Positions 1-5,948 of a DNA stretch of 64,000 bases are shown piece after piece. Position numbers and translations under genes: made by a program. Numbering within the stretch: the first letter of the stretch is position 1; the number at the start of each line of letters is the position of its first letter. The notes beneath the pieces were generated by a model. It was given only the letters and a program-made list of their open reading frames with translations. It was not told the origin of the DNA and searched no databases. The DNA comes from Clostridia bacterium (GTDB lineage Bacteria > Bacillota > Clostridia > RUG12999): the NCBI GenBank assembly GCA_045633565.1, contig JAZQYO010000026.1, positions 915-64,914 of the forward strand, written 5' to 3'.

Positions 1-272
1 GCAATTATTCCTGCAACGTGTGTACCATGACCGTTTTCATCTGTCACATCATCGCTGTCCGGTGAAGTGAAATTTCTGATTTTTTTCACTCTGCCGGCAA
101 GGTCGGGATGATAAAGGTCAACGCCTGAATCTATCACCCCAATTTTTATGCCCTCCCCCATGCTTTCGTGCCATTCAAGATTTGCGCCGGCCATGCGGAC
201 GCCATAATCCATTCGTTCACCGCCGGTATCCTGCACTATGCTTTTTACATTATATTTCAATAGTTTTTCCAT
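1..272 (-). CDS. Subtilisin-like serine protease (peptidase S8), N-terminal part; gene continues past the left edge of the window
   Basis: Reverse-strand translation from ATG at 272-270 (RBS GGAGGGG 5 nt upstream) gives ...GIKIGVIDSGVDLYHPDLAGRVKK...DENGHGTHVAGIIA, i.e. the Asp and His catalytic-motif regions of subtilases. Not in the ORF track because it is truncated by the window edge. Confidence 0.7.
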   Translation of the reverse strand, partial: MEKLLKYNVKSIVQDTGGERMDYGVRMAGANLEWHESMGEGIKIGVIDSGVDLYHPDLAGRVKKIRNFTSPDSDDVTDENGHGTHVAGII

Positions 273-805
273 ATTCCCCTCCAAAAAAAGGACTTGCTTT
301 TGCAAGTCCTACATCCTGAAAATTGATTTCACAATACCGCAAAGACATTTTGGCATTTTAATAACAACGACCTTCATATCATAACTCCTTTCCACTATTT
401 GCAAAGCAGACTAAACCCTGCCCAGATAAGCAGTATACCAAGCAAGAAAACAAGCCAGGAGGAGGGCATGCAGACAGTTATAATTACGCTCACACCCACT
501 CCTATAATAAGTATCCCCGAAGCTCCCCTGCGTCGTTTCATCTCCTCACCCGTCCTTTGTTATTATATTATTCAGACAACAGGATTTTGGTTAATAATAA
601 AGGTTGTCGAAAATTGGCGAACGAAATAAGGTATAAAAGTATTGCATTTTTTCAATTGTGGTGCTATAATAAAGATGCTAAACCAATTCAATATTTTTTG
701 ACATTGCGACATGTTTTTTTACTTATGGTAAAAATGCATGCTCTATTTCAACATGTCGTTTATGTCATATGAAATTGGTTTAGCAACCGGAGCTATGCGT
801 TTTTC

Positions 806-836
806 GTGCGTGGCTTTATGTCACGCACTTTTTTTA
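806..836 (+). terminator. Rho-independent terminator (GTGCGTG..CACGCAC + T7)
   Basis: Perfect 7-bp GC-rich stem gtgcgtg / cacgcac with 9-nt loop followed by ttttttt on the + strand; lies in a 700-bp region without long ORFs. Confidence 0.5.
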
Positions 837-898
837 ACCCATGTGCACTAAGGTTAAAATGATGCATTCTCCACAAATATTTAGATAGGAGACGAGAT

Positions 899-1012
899 AT
901 GGACAACTATAAAGAAATGTATTTGGAACTTTTTAATGTAATTACCGATACTATAACAAAACTAAAAGAAGCACAGAAAAAAGTTGAAGAAATGTATACA
1001 AATCAAGAATAA
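899..1012 (+). CDS. Small hypothetical protein, 37 aa (MDNYKEMYLELFNVITDTITKLKEAQKKVEEMYTNQE)
   Basis: ATG at 899 preceded by AGGAGACGA RBS-like sequence 5 nt upstream; ends at TAA 1010-1012 just before the A-run/hairpin at 1014-1027. Below the ORF-track size cut-off; coding status unproven. Confidence 0.3.
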   Translation: MDNYKEMYLELFNVITDTITKLKEAQKKVEEMYTNQE

Positions 1013-1019
1013 TAAAAAA

Positions 1020-1317
1020 GCACATTCTCCGGCGGTTGGTCTTAGGGAGAAATCGGTTCCCAAACCATATTTTCAGTTTATACTACATCAAAAAGCATGG
1101 TAATACGCCAGTATTACCATGCTTTTAATCTTTGTATAATTCTAAAAATCTGTATTTGGGAACTGCTTTGCATCACAAAAATCATTATTTTGTGTGCAGA
1201 ATTAGGAAAAACCATGCAAAAATCCTGTCGGATTTTAAATGGTTTTGACAACATTCTGTGCCAAAATATTGGTTTTTTGACGAATAATCCCCAACACCAA
1301 CCGCCGTCTGAATGTGC
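1020..1317 (+). repeat. Dispersed ~277-bp element (core 1030-1306) with perfect 11-bp terminal inverted repeats CGGCGGTTGGT/ACCAACCGCCG, sitting inside the loop of a bidirectional terminator hairpin (GCACATTC ... GAATGTGC flanked by A6 / T5); copy 1 of 2
   Basis: About 85% identical by eye to 54312-54610. Internal perfect hairpin 1095-1122 (GCATGGTAATAC gcca GTATTACCATGC + TTTT). Promoter-like TTGACA and TGtATAAT motifs inside. Ends abut the stop codons of convergent genes. Confidence 0.6.
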
Positions 1318-1325
1318 TTTTTATT

Positions 1326-1670
1326 TTAAAATAATCCAGGTATGTTCATTCCGCCTGTTAAGGCTCCCATTTTTTCCTGTGTGAGTGCGTCCGCTTTTGA
1401 AAGTGCATCATTTACAGCGACCATCACAAGGTCCTGAAGCATTTCAACATCATCCGGGTCAACCGCCTCGGGTTTAATGTTGATTTCAAGTATTTCTTTT
1501 TTACCGGTAGCTTTAACAGTTACCATTCCGCCGCCGGAGGATGCTTCAACCTGAGTTTCTTCTATCTCCTGCTGAGCTTTAAGCATCTGCTCCTGCATTT
1601 TCTGTGCCTGCTTCAACATGTTATTCATATTTCCGCCACCCGGAAATCCTGCAAATTTATTCGCAGCCAT
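1326..1670 (-). CDS. ybaB: YbaB/EbfC family nucleoid-associated DNA-binding protein
   Basis: ORF-track protein [28 protein letters not shown]... is typical YbaB. ATG at 1670-1668 with GAGGTG RBS 7 nt upstream; the track start at 1679 is an upstream in-frame GTG. Conserved ybaB-dnaX neighbourhood. Confidence 0.9.
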   Translation of the reverse strand: MAANKFAGFPGGGNMNNMLKQAQKMQEQMLKAQQEIEETQVEASSGGGMVTVKATGKKEILEINIKPEAVDPDDVEMLQDLVMVAVNDALSKADALTQEKMGALTGGMNIPGLF

Positions 1671-1687
1671 TTTTATCACCTCGTAAT

Positions 1688-3217
1688 TTATTCATATATT
1701 TCGACAAAATCGAAATTTTTAATTTTTTCAATAAGCTGTCCCGTCTGCTCCGCTGTCACACTCTGTTCAAATGCAATTTTGTGCGGACGTGTTCCGCAGA
1801 CTTTTTCAATGGAGCTTAAGATTATCTCCTTAAATCTTTCATTGCTGACAAAATTTATGGCGTTAGCTCCCTCTTCAGTTGAAGCAATAAGCATAAAAAC
1901 ATCACCCTCGCCTGCCGGAGTCAGCTTGTTTAAAAAGCCGGGCAGACCTGGATTTGTGTTTTTGATTTCGTCAACAATTTCCTTCCACATATCCTTATAT
2001 TTGCCATTAAACCGAATTTTCTTTTTCTCGGGAGCCTTTTCCGGTGCTTTTTCCATCTTCGGTTTTTCCTGCTGAACATTAACCACAGGAACACCCTTTT
2101 CCATTTTCTGCTCCAAAGCGGCAAGTCTGTCCGCCATGGCTTCAGCAGAATTGTCATAAATGGGCATACAAAGCTTCAAAATTCCCGTTTCAAGAACTAT
2201 CCTCGGAGATGCTGCATATTTCATATTCTGCGAGGTTTCGGAGAATATTTTTATACAGTTTACCAGCTTCTCATAGGTGAAGTTTTCGGCGGTTTCCCTA
2301 AACTTTTCACTCCCGCCGTCCGGCGTAATTTTACTCATAACCATATCACGGGTAAGTTTCATAATCCCGTCTAAAATTCTTGCCGGGCTTCTGCCCTCCT
2401 GCACACCTTCGCCAATAGCAGTCACCGCATCATAAGCGTCACCTTTTGCAATATCCGTCATAATCCGGTTTGAGAGCGCCATGTCGGGCGCACCAAGAAT
2501 ACCTATTACATCTTTGTATGAAAGCTCTTTCTGTCCGAAAGCTATACACCTGTCAAGAATACTGATGGCATCTCGCATGGAGCCATCCCCCATGGTCGCA
2601 ATGACATCCATAGCGTCATCGGCAATGGTTATTCCGTCCTGTGATGCAAGACGGGCAAGATGACCTTTTATATCATCCTGCGTAATTGAACGGAAGTCAA
2701 ACCGCTGACATCTGGACAAAATTGTCGCCGGAAGTTTGTGAACCTCGGTAGTCGCCAGGATAAAAATTACATGTTCGGGCGGTTCTTCGAGCGTTTTTAA
2801 AAGCGCATTGAATGCACCCGGCGAAAGCATGTGCACTTCGTCTATAATATAAACCTTATATTTTGTAACCGAAGCTGTGTAAATAACATCTTCCCGGATG
2901 TCCCTGATGTTATCAACACCGTTATTTGACGCAGCATCCATTTCAATAACATCCATAATACTGCCATCCAAAATGCCTTTGCAGATTTTGCACTGGTTAC
3001 AAGGATTTCCATTCTCGTTATTCTCACAGTTAATGGCACGGCTGAAAATTTTCGCCGTGGAGGTTTTACCCGTTCCTCTTATACCTGTAAAGAGATAAGC
3101 ATGGGCAAGTCTGCCGGACACTATTTCATTCTTAAGCGTCTTTGTAATATGCGTTTGACCTACCACATCGTCAAAAGTGGTTGGTCTGCTTCTACGGTAT
3201 AGCGCCTGATATGCCAT
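1688..3217 (-). CDS. dnaX: DNA polymerase III subunit gamma/tau
   Basis: 509-aa product with AAA+ P-loop [20 protein letters not shown], zinc-binding Cys cluster [15 protein letters not shown] box and clamp-loader signatures; RBS AAAGGAGGG upstream of ATG 3217. Confidence 0.95.
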   Translation of the reverse strand: MAYQALYRRSRPTTFDDVVGQTHITKTLKNEIVSGRLAHAYLFTGIRGTGKTSTAKIFSRAINCENNENGNPCNQCKICKGILDGSIMDVIEMDAASNNGVDNIRDIREDVIYTASVTKYKVYIIDEVHMLSPGAFNALLKTLEEPPEHVIFILATTEVHKLPATILSRCQRFDFRSITQDDIKGHLARLASQDGITIADDAMDVIATMGDGSMRDAISILDRCIAFGQKELSYKDVIGILGAPDMALSNRIMTDIAKGDAYDAVTAIGEGVQEGRSPARILDGIMKLTRDMVMSKITPDGGSEKFRETAENFTYEKLVNCIKIFSETSQNMKYAASPRIVLETGILKLCMPIYDNSAEAMADRLAALEQKMEKGVPVVNVQQEKPKMEKAPEKAPEKKKIRFNGKYKDMWKEIVDEIKNTNPGLPGFLNKLTPAGEGDVFMLIASTEEGANAINFVSNERFKEIILSSIEKVCGTRPHKIAFEQSVTAEQTGQLIEKIKNFDFVEIYE

Positions 3218-3265
3218 GCTTGTCCCTCCTTTAAAGTTAAGCGGATTCCGCTTTTATGTAAAATA

Positions 3266-3540
3266 AAGCCGTACACCTTAATATCGAATTATCCCGGTTG
3301 CCCGTATCATACTTTGCGACTCAAAACCGGCATCCCTGCGGCACATAGTACAAAACCGCTTATCGCTGCTCGGTTCCCCGCCTGACGAGGTTCACGGCGC
3401 ACTATTGCGCAGGACCGATTTATCAACATCAACAAAGTATGACCGACTGCATCAGAATAACCCTCAAATAAGGAATTCCCCCTTGCTATAGCGGATTGCA
3501 AGTACAGGGCACCGCTAACTCCCCGGATAGTACGGCCAAT
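3266..3540 (-). ncRNA. ffs: Signal recognition particle RNA, long Bacillus-type with Alu domain
   Basis: Minus-strand sequence GGGGAGUUAGCGGUGCCCUGUACUUGCAAUCCGCUAUAGCAAGGG ... GUCCUGCGCAAUAGUG ... GUCAGGCGGGGAACCGAGCAGC ... GUGCCGCAGGG matches the Alu-domain and domain-IV motifs of Firmicutes scRNA. The 5'/3' ends (GCCGUAC / GUACGGC) can pair. Position directly upstream of dnaX is the conserved Firmicutes arrangement. The boundary is approximate, about 10 nt either way. Confidence 0.85.
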
Positions 3541-3713
3541 GTCAGCCTGCGAGAACTTTCGCAGGCTGAGATTGCAATAGATAGTATATCATATTTTTTT
3601 CATAATTGCAACAGTTATTCTTTAAACTTGCAACTTTATTTTTTGTGAAATAATTTTTTAGTTGGGATTTCACACAGAAATTGATTTTATGTTCTGAAAG
3701 AAAAAACAATGCT

Positions 3714-4094
3714 TTATTTAGCATTGTTTCTATACTCATTGATTATTTCTATATTTTTCAATAACAATTCCTTTTCTTTGGGTGAAAATGTTTCTGTTAA
3801 TTCTGCAACTTTTTTTACAAAATGATTGTTCCCAGATTTGTTGTTCAAATCTCCAAAAAGCAAACTATCTATTGATATTTCAAGAACATTTGCAATCTTT
3901 ACTAATGTTTCAAGTGAAGGTATTCCTTTTGCTCTTTCTATCTGTCCTATAAAGGTAGTTGATACATCAAGTTTTTCTGCTAATTGTTCCAATGTGTATT
4001 TTTTCTCTTTTCTTTGTTTCCTTATATGTTTCCCTAATAATTCATAGTTCAAAACATTAACACCTACCTTTATTTTAATTGTAACACTATACAC
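3714..4094 (-). CDS. XRE-family helix-turn-helix transcriptional regulator
   Basis: HTH segment YTLEQLAEKLDVSTTFIGQIERAKGIPSLETLVKIANVLEISIDSLL is classic HTH_XRE. The true start may be the internal TTG near 4050 (AAGGTAGGTG RBS) rather than ATG 4094. Divergent from a block of small membrane-protein genes. Confidence 0.75.
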   Translation of the reverse strand: MYSVTIKIKVGVNVLNYELLGKHIRKQRKEKKYTLEQLAEKLDVSTTFIGQIERAKGIPSLETLVKIANVLEISIDSLLFGDLNNKSGNNHFVKKVAELTETFSPKEKELLLKNIEIINEYRNNAK

Positions 4095-4202
4095 TTATCA
4101 TTGACAGAATACAGAATCTTAAAACATTAACTAAAATCTGTATTTTATATTGACAGTTATGTAGTTTTTTGTTATAATGTGTCATAATAGGAGGCGACAA
4201 AC

Positions 4203-4487
4203 TTGAAAAATAAGTCATTTTTTTCACAAATTATGCTATTAGTTATTATATCTTTAATTTCTGTAGTATTGACTGTTGGCATTGCCCTTTTGGTAGGTTC
4301 TTCTAATACAACATTGTTTGATTTTAAAAACCTTAATTTTTCCAATATGATACCTGTTTTAATATTAGGTGGTTTCATCAGTTGTGTTGTTGTTGGTATA
4401 ACGGTTCTTTTTGTTGCTAGGTCAATATTTTATAAAGTTAAAAATTATTTATCAGAAGAAGATAAAAATGGAGGAGACAAAAAATGA
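4203..4487 (+). CDS. Small membrane protein (2 predicted TM helices)
   Basis: TTG start at 4203 with AGGAGG RBS 7 nt upstream; two hydrophobic segments (LLVIISLISVVLTVGIALLV and IPVLILGGFISCVVVGITVLFV). Confidence 0.5.
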   Translation: MKNKSFFSQIMLLVIISLISVVLTVGIALLVGSSNTTLFDFKNLNFSNMIPVLILGGFISCVVVGITVLFVARSIFYKVKNYLSEEDKNGGDKK

Positions 4488-4927
4488 AATGTACTAATCA
4501 CCCAGAAATTGATGCACAAGGAATGTGTGCATACTGTGGCAAACCTTTTTGTAAAGACTGCCTTGTAGAAGTAAAAGGAAGAATGTATTGCAAAAATGAC
4601 CTTGGTAATGTTCTTGATGAAGCAAAACAATCTTCAAGTGGTCAACCAACAATTAACATTACCAATAGCAACGAGAGTGTTAATACCAACACCCATGTTA
4701 ATGGTGGTTTTTACGGTGGTCCTAGGAAGAGTAAAATGGTTGCTTTAATTTTATGTATTATTGGTTTCTTTGGTATTGGCGGTCTTCACAGAATGTATGT
4801 AGGTAAAGTAGGTAGTGGTGTTGTTCATTTCCTTACATATGGCATTTGTGCTATTGGGACAATAATTGACTTAATCTCAATTTTGTCTGGTGGATTTAGA
4901 GATAGTTATGGACAACCTTTGGTATAA
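4484..4927 (+). CDS. Zinc-ribbon plus TM2-domain membrane protein
   Basis: N-terminal CxxC...CxxC (CTNHPEIDAQGMCAYCGKPFCKDC...YCKNDL). C-terminal MVALILCIIGFFGIGGLHRMYVGKVGSGVVHFLTYGICAIG matches the TM2 domain pattern. RBS GGAGGAG; start codon overlaps the upstream stop (ATGA). Confidence 0.65.
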   Translation: MKCTNHPEIDAQGMCAYCGKPFCKDCLVEVKGRMYCKNDLGNVLDEAKQSSSGQPTINITNSNESVNTNTHVNGGFYGGPRKSKMVALILCIIGFFGIGGLHRMYVGKVGSGVVHFLTYGICAIGTIIDLISILSGGFRDSYGQPLV

Positions 4928-5312
4928 AACTAAAAACATTGACAGCAGAAAAAGACATACCTTACATTCTTTGGGTGTAGGGTTTGTCTTTTTTGTTGTA
5001 TTATTCTTATTAACAAAGCTCTTTTCTATATCTTTATGCCCTATAAAAAACATTTTTGGTGCATCTTGCTTTGGTTGTGGTATGACAAGAGGGTTCATAT
5101 CAATCTTAAATCTTGATTTCAAAACTGCATTTGAGTATAATGTTTTATCTATACCTTTATTTGTGAGTATTGCTCTATACTGTATATTCTCTTTAATAGA
5201 TTTTTTTCTTGACAAAAACTATGTATACATTATCGAAAAACAACTTGCTAAAAAATATATGTACTTGATATATATAATAATCTTGATAATGGCAACCATT
5301 TTAAATAATTAG
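4908..5312 (+). CDS. DUF2752-like membrane protein
   Basis: CPIKNIFGASCFGCGMTRGF motif (CP...C.GCG.TR) typical of DUF2752, plus three to four hydrophobic helices. The start is uncertain: the track uses GTG 4890, and the first ATG is at 4908. Confidence 0.55.
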   Translation: MDNLWYKTKNIDSRKRHTLHSLGVGFVFFVVLFLLTKLFSISLCPIKNIFGASCFGCGMTRGFISILNLDFKTAFEYNVLSIPLFVSIALYCIFSLIDFFLDKNYVYIIEKQLAKKYMYLIYIIILIMATILNN

Positions 5313-5470
5313 ATTTAATACTGTATCAAGGATGTTTCTAATAGTACACCAACACTTTTGACCATTATTTACTCTTTTGTGTCTATTAATTTTAGAAAAC
5401 TATGGGCTTTACGGGGCAAGCCCATAGAAAAGCGCGATCAAAAAATCTTCCGAAAAAAACCGACACTTAT

Positions 5471-5500
5471 AAAAAAGGCTCCCTTGTGTAAAGGGAGCTG
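5471..5500 (-). terminator. Terminator hairpin downstream of the DUF559 pseudogene (GCTCCCTTTACACAAGGGAGC + T6 on the minus strand)
   Basis: Seen directly. An inverted copy of the same hairpin, including its loop, occurs at 5899-5920. Confidence 0.55.
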
Positions 5501-5862
5501 TCAACGGAGTTGACTGAGGGATTGTTTAACTGTATTATCAATAAATACACATACTCCCTCAAAGTTTTTGTTTATATCAAGATTTGATATTCTTATAACT
5601 TTTAATCCATATTGTTCTAAAAGCTCTGTTCTTAGTGTATCTTTTTCTATTCCTCTATCATCATAATGCTGAGAACCATCAAGTTCTATGACTAGTTTTG
5701 CTTTGGCACTGTAAAAATCAACAATATATTTTCCTATAACTTTCTGCCTTATAAACCTAACAGGGTATTCCCTTAAGTAATCATACCAAAGGTGTTTTTT
5801 GTCATATTATTTCGAAGTGTTTTTGCAAGTGGTACAATTTCTTTGTTGTGTTTATAGTCCAT
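5501..5862 (-). pseudogene. DUF559 (Vsr-like endonuclease fold) gene disrupted by a frameshift in a poly-A tract
   Basis: Reverse translation gives MDYKHNKEIVPLAKTLRNNMTKNTFGMIT*. In the +1 frame it continues LWYDYLREYPVRFIRQKVIGKYIVDFYSAKAKLVIELDGSQHYDDRGIEKDTLRTELLEQYGLKVIRISNLD..., the DUF559 core. The A6 run at about 5806 would need A7 to fuse the frames. RBS GGAGGGA before ATG 5862. Missed by the ORF track, which only reports pieces of 60 aa or more. Confidence 0.6.
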
Positions 5863-5896
5863 TGCAATCCCTCCGAGTTGCTTCGCAACCCACCTC

Positions 5897-5925
5897 CCTT
5901 TACACAAGGGAGGCTTTTTAATAAT
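5897..5925 (+). terminator. Hairpin CCTCCCTTTACACAAGGGAGG + T6 (plus-strand terminator); inverted copy of the 5478-5499 hairpin
   Basis: Seen directly; lies 24 bp beyond the stop of the SNF2 helicase gene. Confidence 0.5.
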
Positions 5926-5948
5926 CTTTTCTACGAAACATCGAGTTA

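Noticed and set aside
399-772. ORF-track ORFs 399-629(+) and 557-772(+)
   Set aside because: No RBS, low-complexity translations, mutually overlapping, and located in a region with promoter and terminator features; most likely non-coding.
1020-1317. Possibility that the 300-bp repeat is a known housekeeping RNA (6S, tmRNA, RNase P or SRP RNA)
   Set aside because: Bona fide RNase P and SRP RNAs are found elsewhere in the window (22883-23212 and 3266-3540). The repeat lacks the tmRNA tRNA-like ends and 6S central bubble architecture, is AT-rich with promoter-like boxes, and occurs twice. It was therefore treated as a dispersed element.
1097-1384. 95-aa ORF (1097-1384, +) and 71-aa ORF (1604-1819, +)
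   Set aside because: The first lies inside the 277-bp repeat and is not preserved in the second repeat copy (its ATG becomes TTG and the frame breaks). The second overlaps ybaB/dnaX on the opposite strand. Both are judged spurious.
3541-3570. Strong 10-bp hairpin (CAGCCTGCGA aagttc TCGCAGGCTG) immediately upstream of the SRP RNA 5' end
   Set aside because: It has no U-tract on the minus strand, so it is not a terminator for the XRE gene. It could be a processing or leader stem of the ffs precursor. Not enough evidence to call a feature.
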